Positions 19,242 to 29,374 are shown, counted from the stretch's first letter. The stretch is DNA of 42,718 bases from Eubacteriales bacterium (GCA_045603205.1 JAZULS010000086.1:1-42718), one strand, 5' to 3'. Notes: a model not told the origin generated them from the sequence alone. Made by a program: numbers and translations.

Positions 19242-20378
19242 TTAGTGTTTTTTCTTTTCCTCGATGAGTTTTACTATGTCGTTATAAATAAGTCTGTTGG
19301 AATCTGTCACAGCGAAGCGCTTGATGTTTTCCGACATTGCCTCTCTCTCCTCTGTTCCCTCGGGAGAAAGGAGGCCCGAAACAGCGTCGATAAGAGAAGC
19401 GGTGCTTTCCGCAAGCTGACGCTCCTCGAAGACGAAAGCCGCACCTGCGTCCGCCAGCACCTTAGCGTTCTTATACTGGTGGTTATCCGTAACGTTGGGT
19501 GACGGAATGAATATGGAGCATTTACCGGATGCTGCAAGCTCCGAAACTGTGAGAGCTCCCGCACGGCAAATTATAATATCCGCCGCCGCCATTCTCACGG
19601 GCATATCGTAGATATACTCAAGGAGCTGCAGATTCTCGTACTTATCAAGCCCCAGTTTTTCAAACTCAGCTCTTGCAATATCTTTTTCAATAGAGCCCGT
19701 CGCGTGGATGTGGAGCACCTCGGGATGCTTTGCGGAATATGATTTCATCAGATCCAGCATCGCCTCGTTGACTTTTTCAGCACCAAGGCTTCCGCCATAG
19801 GAGAGGATCACCTTTTCATATTTACCCTCAAGCCCAAGCTTCTCTCTTGCTTCTTCTCTGGACATTCTCGAAAAGTCTCCGGGAATGGGATTTCCAACTC
19901 TGAGAAGCTTATCCTTTACGCGGAGGGTCTTACCCGTAGCCTCAAAGTTAAGGTAGATTCGATCCACCTTATCCTGAAGCATCTTTACGGCAACTCCCGC
20001 AATAGCGTTGGACTCGTGAAGAGCGCAAGGAATACCCATCTGAGACGCCGCTTTGACAACGGGCCATGAAACGTATCCGCCTGTACCGATGACCACGTCG
20101 GGTTTAAACTTTTTGATCAGCTTCTTAGCCGCAATGGGTGAAGTAAGCGCCAGCCAAAACGCTCTCAGGTTAGCAGGGGAAAGTGAACGTCTGATGCCCC
20201 TTACGTCGATATGGTGCAGTTCATAGCCTGCCGCGGGAACCAGCTTGTTTTCAAGTCCTCGCTTAGTTCCCACAAATATTATCTCGGAATCCGGCTCCTG
20301 ACGCTTGATGGTCTCCGCAATGGACAGCGCGGGATTTACGTGGCCGCCGGTTCCTCCACCGGTCATTATTACTCTCAT
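19242..20378 (-). CDS. murG: MurG lipid II GlcNAc transferase
   Basis: GGGTGGHVNP, GTGGYVS, HESN, GNP, GGSLGA, CRAGALTVSE, HQYKNA. Confidence 0.97.
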   Translation of the reverse strand: MRVIMTGGGTGGHVNPALSIAETIKRQEPDSEIIFVGTKRGLENKLVPAAGYELHHIDVRGIRRSLSPANLRAFWLALTSPIAAKKLIKKFKPDVVIGTGGYVSWPVVKAASQMGIPCALHESNAIAGVAVKMLQDKVDRIYLNFEATGKTLRVKDKLLRVGNPIPGDFSRMSREEAREKLGLEGKYEKVILSYGGSLGAEKVNEAMLDLMKSYSAKHPEVLHIHATGSIEKDIARAEFEKLGLDKYENLQLLEYIYDMPVRMAAADIIICRAGALTVSELAASGKCSIFIPSPNVTDNHQYKNAKVLADAGAAFVFEERQLAESTASLIDAVSGLLSPEGTEEREAMSENIKRFAVTDSNRLIYNDIVKLIEEKKKH

Positions 20379-20451
20379 ATGTTTACACCTTTCTTTGATT
20401 TATGGTGTTTTCCGAACGTTTTCCTTAAATTCAAGGAAATATCAAGTCCGC

Positions 20452-21918
20452 CTAAATCTTTTTTCTGTAGTAGTGTCGTGAGATCGAAAGGATAACTCCC
20501 ATTTCCGCCATCAGCATGATAAGCGAGCTTCCTCCATAGGAGAAGAATGGCAGGGAAATTCCCGTATTGGGGATAATATCGCAAACGACCATCATATTAA
20601 GGAGAGCCTGGAGCCCTACCTGAGTTGTGATACCGAATACTGTCAGCATGGAGAAGGTGTCGGGTGCGCGCATGGCGATAACATATCCTCTCCACATAAA
20701 CGCAAGGAACAATAGAATCAGGAACACAGCGCCCACAAAGCCAAGCTCCTCACACCAGATGGTATAGATGAAGTCGTTGTGTGCCATTGACACGTAGCCG
20801 TACTTCTGATAGCTTTCTGAAAAGCCTACGCCGAATAGTCCGCCGGAGCCGATAGCCAAAATTCCCTGTGCCGTTTGCCATCCTTCGTCAAGGGTGTCAA
20901 CGTTTTCGGAAGTAAAGGTGGTAAGTCGTGCAAGGGCGTAGGGGTTGAGGGCAATGAATGCTCCTGCAGCCAAGGCTCCGGCACCTGCTGATAATCCGAG
21001 GGAATATCCCATGTGGCAACCGCCAACCAGCATTACCGCAAGTCCGATAACGCCTGTAATAAATGTTCCTGAAAGATGCTTTTCAAGTAGAATAAGGGCA
21101 CATGCTACGCCCACGAAAACAAGGGGATAAAACGTGTTGTACTTTATAGTATGCCAAACGCTTATTCTTTCCTTCATCTTCTTTTGGTACTTGTCGATGT
21201 ACCATGCAAGGATCAGCACCAGCGAGACCTTCATGATCTCCGTGGGCTGAATGGAAAAACCTCCGATGTATATCCATCTTTTAGCCTCACCCTCTGCAGT
21301 ACCGATGACCAGAACCGCCAAAAGCAGAACGATAGCCACGCCGTAAGCCGCAAATGCACCCCATTTTTTGAACCAGGTATAGGGCACGTAGGAAGCGACA
21401 AGCATCAAAACTCCGCCTATCGCCATATATATAAGATGTTTCTTTAGGTAGTAGAAGCTGTCGGCAAACTTGTTAAGCGCCGTAGGATAGCTTGCACTGT
21501 ATACCATAAGGGCACCGAGAGCCAGCAGAAGTATGACAATGACAAGCATTATCTTGTCAAAGCCACCGCGAACTCGCTCTACCTCATTCTGCCAGTTTAT
21601 CTCTTTCTGCTCGGCAACGAGGGCTCTTTGTTCTTTTTTAGTGTAAACTAATTCTCTTCCCGAGCGAACGCCGGAACGAGTGTTACGATGGGGCTCTTTT
21701 TCCGAGTTTGATGCAGAAAAGCCTCTGTTTTCTGTATTTCTAAGTCTTCTTACTCTGTTTATATCCGCCTGAACCCTTGGAGTCTGATGTGCATTTCGCT
21801 CCATGTTACGGTCAGCTCTCGGGCGTCTGCCCGCGTTTTGTTGCTTGTCTGCACCGGCGGCGGAAAAATCGGGCCGTCTTGCCGCGCGGGGTCTTTGCTT
21901 TTCATATTCGTTTCTCAT
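20452..21918 (-). CDS. ftsW: SEDS peptidoglycan polymerase FtsW/SpoVE with a long N-terminal extension
   Basis: MVYSAS, AKRWI, IQPTEIMK, AIGSGGLFGVG, HNDFI....EELG, PNTGISLPFFSYGGSS. Confidence 0.93.
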   Translation of the reverse strand: MRNEYEKQRPRAARRPDFSAAGADKQQNAGRRPRADRNMERNAHQTPRVQADINRVRRLRNTENRGFSASNSEKEPHRNTRSGVRSGRELVYTKKEQRALVAEQKEINWQNEVERVRGGFDKIMLVIVILLLALGALMVYSASYPTALNKFADSFYYLKKHLIYMAIGGVLMLVASYVPYTWFKKWGAFAAYGVAIVLLLAVLVIGTAEGEAKRWIYIGGFSIQPTEIMKVSLVLILAWYIDKYQKKMKERISVWHTIKYNTFYPLVFVGVACALILLEKHLSGTFITGVIGLAVMLVGGCHMGYSLGLSAGAGALAAGAFIALNPYALARLTTFTSENVDTLDEGWQTAQGILAIGSGGLFGVGFSESYQKYGYVSMAHNDFIYTIWCEELGFVGAVFLILLFLAFMWRGYVIAMRAPDTFSMLTVFGITTQVGLQALLNMMVVCDIIPNTGISLPFFSYGGSSLIMLMAEMGVILSISRHYYRKKI

Positions 21919-21954
21919 GCAAGTCAGCCTCCTTTAAAGATATTTTCCTGAGTT

Positions 21955-22962
21955 TTATCTACTGAGTCCGAGAAGTGCCACAGCGCTGAGGATAAGAGTC
22001 ACTGTGCTGAACACAACCACAAGTTTATTTTCACTCCAGCCGCACTTTTCAAAGTGGTGGTGGATAGGCGCCATCTTAAACAGACGCTTTCCGTGAGTCA
22101 GCTTGAAGTACATAACCTGAAGCATAACGGATGCGGTCTCAATGATGTAAATAAGTCCGCAAACGACGATGATAAGGGGATTGTTCAGCATGAACGCGCC
22201 GCCCACAACAATTCCGCCGAGGAAGAGAGAGCCTGTGTCGCCCATGAAAACTCTTGCGGGATTAAGGTTGTATACAAGGAAACCTGCACATGCGCCCACT
22301 ATGATCGCACCAAGGGAAAGTGAGCTGCCGTTTGTAGCGGAATCTCCTGTAAGGAGTCCTGCTGCCACAAAGAACATACCCACAACAAGGGTAACAGATG
22401 CCGCCAGACCGTCGATACCGTCGGTAAGGTTCACGCTGTTCATCATTCCGCAGATAAGGAGAAGGGAGATGATGTAGTAGAAGATTCCAAGTTCAAGGGT
22501 CACGTCAACGAAGGGGATGTAGATGGCAGTACCGGTCTTACAAACCATAGCCATACCGAAAAGGTAAAGTCCTGCAGCCAAAAGCTGAAGAAGGAATTTC
22601 TGAGCTGCTGTAAGTCCCTCGTTGCGACGGTTTCTCAGCTTAGCGGAGTCGTCGATGCAACCGATAAGTCCGCCTGCAAGACCGAGACCCAGAGTAAATA
22701 TGAACGGAAGAGCTGAGGTTGCACCGTCCACTATCCAAAGATACGCCGCTACAGCACCGCCTACGATCATAAAGGGGATGATAAACGCAATTCCACCCAT
22801 TGTAGGTGTGCCTTCCTTGCTTTTGTGCCATCTGGGGCCGATGTCAAGGATCTTCTGACCCATTTTACGGCTTTTCAGCACGGGAATCAGCCAACGGGAG
22901 ATAAGTACGGTAGAAATGAAGGTCACTGCAAGGGCAACCAGAGCTATTATCTTATAGTTCAT
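21955..22962 (-). CDS. mraY: Phospho-N-acetylmuramoyl-pentapeptide transferase
   Basis: GP.WHKSKEGTPTMGG, IDD, NSVNLTDGIDGL, VFMGDTGS, FKMAPIHHHFE. Confidence 0.97.
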   Translation of the reverse strand: MNYKIIALVALAVTFISTVLISRWLIPVLKSRKMGQKILDIGPRWHKSKEGTPTMGGIAFIIPFMIVGGAVAAYLWIVDGATSALPFIFTLGLGLAGGLIGCIDDSAKLRNRRNEGLTAAQKFLLQLLAAGLYLFGMAMVCKTGTAIYIPFVDVTLELGIFYYIISLLLICGMMNSVNLTDGIDGLAASVTLVVGMFFVAAGLLTGDSATNGSSLSLGAIIVGACAGFLVYNLNPARVFMGDTGSLFLGGIVVGGAFMLNNPLIIVVCGLIYIIETASVMLQVMYFKLTHGKRLFKMAPIHHHFEKCGWSENKLVVVFSTVTLILSAVALLGLSR

Positions 22963-23003
22963 ATTTAAAACTGCCTTTCATTTAAAGACTTGAGCTCTGC
23001 CGA

Positions 23004-24470
23004 TCATTCTGCGGCAGGCTTCATTAACTTAGTTTTACCTATTTTCTTTTTAAGGCACTCGATGACCTTTTCTGCATGGACTGCACGGCTTGCCTTAACG
23101 AGGAGCACGTCTCTGTCTTCCACTACGTCGAGGATCATATTAGCCATGGTCTGAGGATCTCTCGTGTCAAGGCATACGAATACGTTTTCTGCGCGTACAC
23201 CCTTCTTTATAGCGGCTTCCGCTACCACGTCACTCATCATACCGTAGCAGAAGAGTTTTGCAACCTTTGACTGTGCCGCATACTGACCAAGCTGGTCGTG
23301 CATGAGTCTTGAATAATCACCAAGCTCAAGCATATCTCCAAGGAGCGCGATAGGACGCTTGCCCTTCTTTCCCGCAACAGAAGCGAGAACATCAAGGGCG
23401 GCACGCATGGACTCGGGGCTGGCGTTATAACAGTCGTCTATAACTGTGAGAGCACCTACCTCGTAGATTCTCTGTCTCATTTCAGCACCAACGAAGCTCA
23501 TGAGTCCGCGACGGATCTCGTCATCGGTCATACCCAGCATTACTCCCACAGCATATGCGCTGAGGGCGTTGTATACGTTGTGCTTTCCGAGGACAGGAAG
23601 ATCAATGTTGGTGATGGGTTTATTGTCGTAGATCATATCGAAGGTGATACCCTCGGTGCCGATCCTGATATTCATTGCTCTGTAGTCGCCGATCCTGTTG
23701 TAGACGCTCATCATAACGGTCTTCTTACCGAGCTTTTCGTACTGCTCAAGAAGAAGCGGCTCATCGGCATTGATAAACAGCGTTCCCTCTTCTTTAAGAC
23801 CTGCGGCGATCTCAAGCTTTGCCTTGCAGATGTTCTCTCTTGTCCCGAGAGAAGCAAGGTGTGAAGTACCGATGTTGGTTACGATGGCAAAGTCAGGTTT
23901 CGCGATCTTTGACATATACTCGATCTCACCAAGGTCACTCATTCCAAGCTCAAGGACGGAAACCTCGTCGTCGGGAGCAAGCTCAAGGAGGGTCAAAGGA
24001 AGACCAAGCTCGTTGTTGTAGTTACCCTGAGTCTTGTGAGTCTTATATTTAACGGAAGCAACGGAGGCAACGAACTCCTTTGTGGTAGTCTTACCAACGC
24101 TACCCGTAACGGCTACGAAAACAGCCTTAGAAAGGTCTCTGTACCACTCGGCAAACTTACCGAGAGCGAGGATAACGTTATCAACAACCACCGCGCAATA
24201 AGCACCGCAAGTCAGCGCCGCCTCGGGAAGAGACTGTGTCAGCACACAAACAGCACCAAGTCCAACTGCCTCGGGGATAAAGTCTGCCCCGTCAACGCGA
24301 GTTCCTTTTATAGCACAGAACAGTGCACCTGCTTCAGCACCGCCCGATGATGTGGTTACACACTTGATCTCCGCCTCGGGAGAAAAATCACCGATTATTT
24401 CAAGTTTTCCGCCGACTATATCGCAAAACTCCGCGATAGTGGGGGCCTTTATTTTCAGTTGAATACTCAT
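23004..24470 (-). CDS. murF: UDP-MurNAc-tripeptide:D-Ala-D-Ala ligase
   Basis: AVTGSVGKTTTKE, NYNNELGLPLT, ELGMS..GEI, DDCYNASPESM, LGDMLELG, KASR. Confidence 0.96.
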   Translation of the reverse strand: MSIQLKIKAPTIAEFCDIVGGKLEIIGDFSPEAEIKCVTTSSGGAEAGALFCAIKGTRVDGADFIPEAVGLGAVCVLTQSLPEAALTCGAYCAVVVDNVILALGKFAEWYRDLSKAVFVAVTGSVGKTTTKEFVASVASVKYKTHKTQGNYNNELGLPLTLLELAPDDEVSVLELGMSDLGEIEYMSKIAKPDFAIVTNIGTSHLASLGTRENICKAKLEIAAGLKEEGTLFINADEPLLLEQYEKLGKKTVMMSVYNRIGDYRAMNIRIGTEGITFDMIYDNKPITNIDLPVLGKHNVYNALSAYAVGVMLGMTDDEIRRGLMSFVGAEMRQRIYEVGALTVIDDCYNASPESMRAALDVLASVAGKKGKRPIALLGDMLELGDYSRLMHDQLGQYAAQSKVAKLFCYGMMSDVVAEAAIKKGVRAENVFVCLDTRDPQTMANMILDVVEDRDVLLVKASRAVHAEKVIECLKKKIGKTKLMKPAAE

Positions 24471-24500
24471 TTTACCGTCCTGCCTTTCTGACTGGCTGAT

Positions 24501-26018
24501 TTATTGTTCCGTAAATTTTCCACTGCGCTTTATCATAGCCTCACGGGCTATTTCTATTTCATCAAAGGGGAGCTTCCCTTCTCTTGTTATCTCATATTTT
24601 TCGTGACCCTTGCCAACAAGGAGTACCGTTTCCCCTGTAGTAGCACGGTCTATGGCAAAATGTATTGCTTCTCGTCTGCTTTCTATCACCTCGTGAGGAG
24701 TCTTACTCTTTATTCCCTCAAGTATATCTTCAATTATCGCTCTCGGGTCCTCACTTCGGCTGTTGTCCGAGGTGATTATCACAAAATCGGCAAGGCTTGA
24801 AGCGATCTCACCCATTTTGCTTCGTTTGCTTCTGTCACGGTCTCCGCCGCAACCGAAAAGTACGGTTATTTTTCCCGCTTTACCCACGGCTTCCCTTACA
24901 GTTAAGAGCAGATTCTCAAGAGCGTCGGGGGTATGGGCAAAATCTATGAAAACTTTGAACGGCAACGGCTCATCGGGGAGCATCACTTCCTCGAGGCGAC
25001 CGTCGATAGGTCTTACGTTTGATAATCCGCTACGGACATCTTCGGGAGGCACACCAAGGCTCATCGCCGCGGCAGCAGAAAGCATTGAATTGTAAACGGT
25101 ATACCTTCCGGCAAGGGGACATCCCACTTTGAACACCGCTTTTTCGGAAAAATATACGTATTCAACGCCGTTCATACCGCAAAGCCTTACGTTAAGAGCT
25201 CTGACGTTGGATTTTTCTGCTTTTGCCGAACATGTAATCGTTTTGGAATCAAATTCACTTTTAAGCCTCAGCATATACTCGTCATCTGCGTTTACAATGA
25301 TGTTTTTCGCAAGGTGGGCAAGTCTCGCTTTGGCTTTGAAATATTCTTCTAAACTTCCGTGGAAGTCAAGATGATCGGTTGTAAGGTTAGTAAACAGGGC
25401 GGCATCCACTTTAACGGGATCTATCTTGTACTGTGCAAGAGCGTGGGAGGTGGCTTCAAAAATGAGCACCGTTACTCCCTTTTGCTTCATCAAATATGCA
25501 AGAGCGTAGAAATACTCGGGGTCGGGTGTGGTCATGGCGCCAACAGCGTCAAGCACTGAGGATCCGCTAAGACTGCCGAGAGTTTCCTCCCCTGCCATAC
25601 ATTTGACGGTGGTTATGACCCCCGTTTTGTATCCCGCAGTTCTAAATATCTCACGCAAAACAAAGGCGGTTGACGTCTTTCCGTTAGTACCCGTCACAGC
25701 TACCGTTTTCATATTTTCCGTGGGTCTGCCGTACCAGTTGTTCCATATATGGGCTTCTGCAAGTCTTGTGTTTTCCACAAGTGCATAACAAGCTCCGTCG
25801 GGCACGTTCACCGTGTCGCTTACCACGAAAGCTTCCGCGCCACGTGACACAGCATCCTTTATATAATCGTGGCCATCCTTTTTCGTGCCCTTTATGCACA
25901 CGAAAAGTCCGCCTTTCAGTATTCCTCTTGAGTCAGAGGATACCTGTCTTATTTCTGTTTCGGGGTCACCACCCCATTTTTTGACGTCAACACCGTAAAG
26001 CAGGTCTGAAAACTTCAT
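24501..26018 (-). CDS. murE: UDP-MurNAc-L-Ala-D-Glu:diaminopimelate ligase
   Basis: VTGTNGKTST, TTPD, EATSH, NLTTDHLDFH, DFAHTPDAL, FGCGGDRD, DNSR (mDAP-type DNxR), GKGHE. Confidence 0.96.
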   Translation of the reverse strand: MKFSDLLYGVDVKKWGGDPETEIRQVSSDSRGILKGGLFVCIKGTKKDGHDYIKDAVSRGAEAFVVSDTVNVPDGACYALVENTRLAEAHIWNNWYGRPTENMKTVAVTGTNGKTSTAFVLREIFRTAGYKTGVITTVKCMAGEETLGSLSGSSVLDAVGAMTTPDPEYFYALAYLMKQKGVTVLIFEATSHALAQYKIDPVKVDAALFTNLTTDHLDFHGSLEEYFKAKARLAHLAKNIIVNADDEYMLRLKSEFDSKTITCSAKAEKSNVRALNVRLCGMNGVEYVYFSEKAVFKVGCPLAGRYTVYNSMLSAAAAMSLGVPPEDVRSGLSNVRPIDGRLEEVMLPDEPLPFKVFIDFAHTPDALENLLLTVREAVGKAGKITVLFGCGGDRDRSKRSKMGEIASSLADFVIITSDNSRSEDPRAIIEDILEGIKSKTPHEVIESRREAIHFAIDRATTGETVLLVGKGHEKYEITREGKLPFDEIEIAREAMIKRSGKFTEQ

Positions 26019-26070
26019 TATAGCCTCCGGAAGTTAAAGATTGTTTGAAAATTTAACTTCCGGTGCTTTG

Positions 26071-28419
26071 TTAGTCTGTCACGTCAAGGTGTCTCAGTTC
26101 GATTTCAACGATAGTACCTATCTCAACCGTCGCACCGGGTTCGATGGACTGGCTGATGACCGTTGCACTGGAGCCGTTGGTAGCTCCCGTGATCTTTACG
26201 TTGAGTCCCGAATTCAGCAATACCGCGTTAGCCGCGTCTGCAGTAAGTCCCATAAGACTTGGGATCTCAACGGTCTGTCTTTCGGTTGTTTCTCCGCAGT
26301 AGATGAGCACTTTACCATTCTCGGCTCTCATTGTGCTGCCTGCTACGGGGAATTGAGCGGTGATCACGTCGCCGTCACCGATGATCTCACACTGGAGACC
26401 GCTCAGAGCCAGGTCTTCACGTGCCGCCTCGGGAGAACCGCCAACGTAATCAGAGATAGACACGTCGAGAGATGCAAGGTCCTCTTCGGTATACTGCTGT
26501 TCAACACCAAGGTAAGGCAGAATCGTTTCGAGAAGGCTTGAAATGTAGGGGGCAGCAACAACGCTTCCGTATACCGCGCCGTTCATAGGCTCATCGACCA
26601 CGATGATTGCCGCGATCTGAGGGTCGTCAGCAGGAGCATAAGCAACACAAGAGCCGACTCTAAGAGTATATTCACCGTTTTCGTCGGGGGTGTCTCTCTT
26701 CTCGGATGTTCCCGTCTTTGCCGCAACCTTATATCCCTTAACGTAGGCGTTCTTTGCACCACCGTCTCCGGATACACCGTCCTCAAGGACTACGGTTATG
26801 GAGTCACACACGTCCGTACTGATAACCTGTCGCTTGGTCTCGGTCTCATAGGACTTGATAACGGCACCGTCATCGTCAACGATCTCCTTCAGCACGTGAG
26901 GAGTTACAACGTATCCTCCGTTGGCAACTGTAGAAATTGCCGTGATCTGCTGAATGGGTGTGGTCTTAAAGGTCTGACCGAAGGAATATACAGCAAGGCT
27001 GACTTGCCCTTTAACGAATTCACTCTTGGGCAAGTAGATACCGCCCGTTTCCGCGGGAAGGTCGATTCCCGTGGTGGAGGTGTATCCGTAAGCCTCGTAA
27101 TAATCGTAGAATCTTTCGGTTCCGATCAGCGCCGCTACCTGCATCAGCGCAGGGTTGCAAGACTGCTGAAGTCCGTATCTGAAGGGGAGAGTTCCGTGAC
27201 CTTCGTGGAAGTGGCAGTTGATAGGTTTGGACCAGCCCTCAACCATCCAATATCCGGGGCAGTTAAAGGGAGTATCAAAGGTGATAAGGTCTTCTTCCAG
27301 AGCCATGGATGTAGTGATGATCTTGAAGGTGGAGCCGGGCTCGTAAAGCTCGGTTATCGCCTTATTCTTCCACATAGTGTAGAGCAGGTCGCTGAATTTC
27401 TTATCCTGCTCTTCGCTTCCATCCTCAAACTCTTCAAGCTCTGCCTGAGAGTCCTCATCAAGAGTATAAGGAGAATTTAGGTCAAAGCTCGGATAGGTCG
27501 CCATACCGAGAATACCGCCGGTATTTACGTCCATTACGATTCCCGTTACACGGTTACCCGCCGCAGAATCGTTATATGTCATCTCAAGCTGATTCTCGAG
27601 AGCACTCTGGATATATTTGTCGATAGTGGTAACTATATTGTATCCGTTCTCTTCGGAAATATATGTCTCATACTCAAAGGGCATATCGTTGTTCTGCGCG
27701 TCCTGTGCGAGAACGTACTTTCCGCTCTTACCTTCAAGAATATTGTTGTAGAAGGACTCGATTCCCGCACTTCCCACGCCTTCCGTGTTTGTAAATCCAA
27801 GCACGTGGGAGGCAAGGCTGTCGTAGGGATAGTACCTCTTTGAAGATTCTCTGTCGTAGATCTGGTCATACATATCGTACTCAGCGATAAAATCCTGAAT
27901 TACGTCGTTGACGGACTCTTCTACGTCCTTTTTGACCACCTCGTACTGTCTTTGAGTCTTAGCGATCTTTTCAGTAACAGTCGAATACTCTACTTCAAGG
28001 GTAGCAGAAAGGAATGTAGCGATAAGCTCGTCGGCGCGGTCGCCTTTGTAGCTGGTCTTGCCGTCCTCAGATACCCAATCGTACTTTATATCGTTGTCGG
28101 GGTTGCTGTCAGCTTTCAGCTTAGCGATCTCCTCGTTACGCTTTGCAATGTGGTGAGGAGAAATAATAATATTGTATACGGTTTTATTCGTAGCAAGAAC
28201 TACGCCGTTGCAATCAAGGATCTCTCCTCTTTCGGGGTTCACCTGAGTCTCCGTGGTAAGTTGAGAAAGCACCTGAGACTGATAATATTCATAATCCTGA
28301 AGCTGATATTTTGCAAGTCTGCCGATTATCAGCATCGCCATTGCCGCAAACAGACAGAAAGCCACTGCAAGTCTGCCATAGGTTTTTCTGTCCGTTCTGT
28401 TTTTTACTGTATTATTCAC
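26071..28419 (-). CDS. Class B penicillin-binding protein with two PASTA domains (FtsI/SpoVD family)
   Basis: RGEILD, RYYP, YEPGSTFK (SxxK), SCN, KTGT and two C-terminal PASTA-like repeats. GGGAG RBS favours the GTG at 28419 over 28527. Confidence 0.92.
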   Translation of the reverse strand: MNNTVKNRTDRKTYGRLAVAFCLFAAMAMLIIGRLAKYQLQDYEYYQSQVLSQLTTETQVNPERGEILDCNGVVLATNKTVYNIIISPHHIAKRNEEIAKLKADSNPDNDIKYDWVSEDGKTSYKGDRADELIATFLSATLEVEYSTVTEKIAKTQRQYEVVKKDVEESVNDVIQDFIAEYDMYDQIYDRESSKRYYPYDSLASHVLGFTNTEGVGSAGIESFYNNILEGKSGKYVLAQDAQNNDMPFEYETYISEENGYNIVTTIDKYIQSALENQLEMTYNDSAAGNRVTGIVMDVNTGGILGMATYPSFDLNSPYTLDEDSQAELEEFEDGSEEQDKKFSDLLYTMWKNKAITELYEPGSTFKIITTSMALEEDLITFDTPFNCPGYWMVEGWSKPINCHFHEGHGTLPFRYGLQQSCNPALMQVAALIGTERFYDYYEAYGYTSTTGIDLPAETGGIYLPKSEFVKGQVSLAVYSFGQTFKTTPIQQITAISTVANGGYVVTPHVLKEIVDDDGAVIKSYETETKRQVISTDVCDSITVVLEDGVSGDGGAKNAYVKGYKVAAKTGTSEKRDTPDENGEYTLRVGSCVAYAPADDPQIAAIIVVDEPMNGAVYGSVVAAPYISSLLETILPYLGVEQQYTEEDLASLDVSISDYVGGSPEAAREDLALSGLQCEIIGDGDVITAQFPVAGSTMRAENGKVLIYCGETTERQTVEIPSLMGLTADAANAVLLNSGLNVKITGATNGSSATVISQSIEPGATVEIGTIVEIELRHLDVTD

Positions 28420-28480
28420 ATTTATCTCCCGGGCTCTGTTTTCGCCTGAAAACTCCTGTACCGTGTAATATCCTTTTCCA

Positions 28481-28509
28481 TATATATTGCGAATATGCCA
28501 CAGATATTC
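28481..28509 (-). promoter_or_regulatory. sigmaE-like (mother-cell sporulation) promoter upstream of the PBP
   Basis: GAATATC-14 bp-AATATATA resembles the ZHATAXX-14-CATACAHT consensus; preceded by a GC hairpin at about 28518-28543. Confidence 0.45.
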
Positions 28510-28570
28510 ACTAAAATCGGGGCGCACCGAAAAGTGCGCCGATCCTTAGTTGCTGTGGCATAGCGTTTAT

Positions 28571-29374
28571 TTATCTGAAGTAATCGAGTATACCGTCGAA
28601 AGCACTTGATGCTGATGAAAGCATCGCGCCGAAGAAGCTTTCGCCGCCTTCCGTCTCGGTATCCTCAAGAACTATGCGGTCTCCGCTTGAAACCGATATG
28701 TATTTTCTCTGAACGGAACCCTCTTTTACCATATTGTACTCGTGGGTAGCAAGCTGCTCAATAACGTTGAGGTCGTTTTTCTCAGCCAGTGCAAGTCTGA
28801 GTTTGCCTGACTCATTCTCAACGGATGCGATCTCGCTCTTCAGTGAAGAAAGCTTTGCATTGGACTCAGTAACGGAGGAGAAGCTGAAGACCACTCCCAT
28901 GAGGAGAACGAAGGACATAACAACACCGAAGATGAACCAGAAAGGAAGCTTTACCTTTTCAACTGCTATCTCGCGACCTCTGAGTTCTGCTTCTGCACGA
29001 CGGGCTTCCGCCTTTGCTTTTGCTCTTGCCGCCTTGGCTCTGCTCTTCTCGAAGGCACGCATCTCAGCACGGGCTCTCGCCTCTCTCTCCTTCATACGGG
29101 CAAGCTGTTCCTCGCGGCGACGGAGCAGCATCTCAAGGCGTCTTGCCTCTTCTGCTTCACGGCGGGTCGCTTCTCTGTATTCAGCCTCACGACGGCGGCG
29201 AATCTCTGCACGTGCGGCGGCTGACATATTATTTCTGTTTACACGGTTTCCGTCTGTGGACATAGCTCGACCTTGGTATCCGACGTTTTCGCGATGGGGA
29301 GCACCCGACACGAAGCCGTTTTGTCTGTTAGCACTCTGACCGAAGTTTATCGGTCTGGTCGCCTGATATGTCAC
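28571..29374 (-). CDS. ftsL: FtsL-like protein with a long charged cytoplasmic extension
   Basis: Position between rsmH and the PBP; single TM, heptad coiled coil, then IEQLA...YNMV. Start is GTG 29374 (alternative 29383). Confidence 0.7.
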   Translation of the reverse strand: MTYQATRPINFGQSANRQNGFVSGAPHRENVGYQGRAMSTDGNRVNRNNMSAAARAEIRRRREAEYREATRREAEEARRLEMLLRRREEQLARMKEREARARAEMRAFEKSRAKAARAKAKAEARRAEAELRGREIAVEKVKLPFWFIFGVVMSFVLLMGVVFSFSSVTESNAKLSSLKSEIASVENESGKLRLALAEKNDLNVIEQLATHEYNMVKEGSVQRKYISVSSGDRIVLEDTETEGGESFFGAMLSSASSAFDGILDYFR

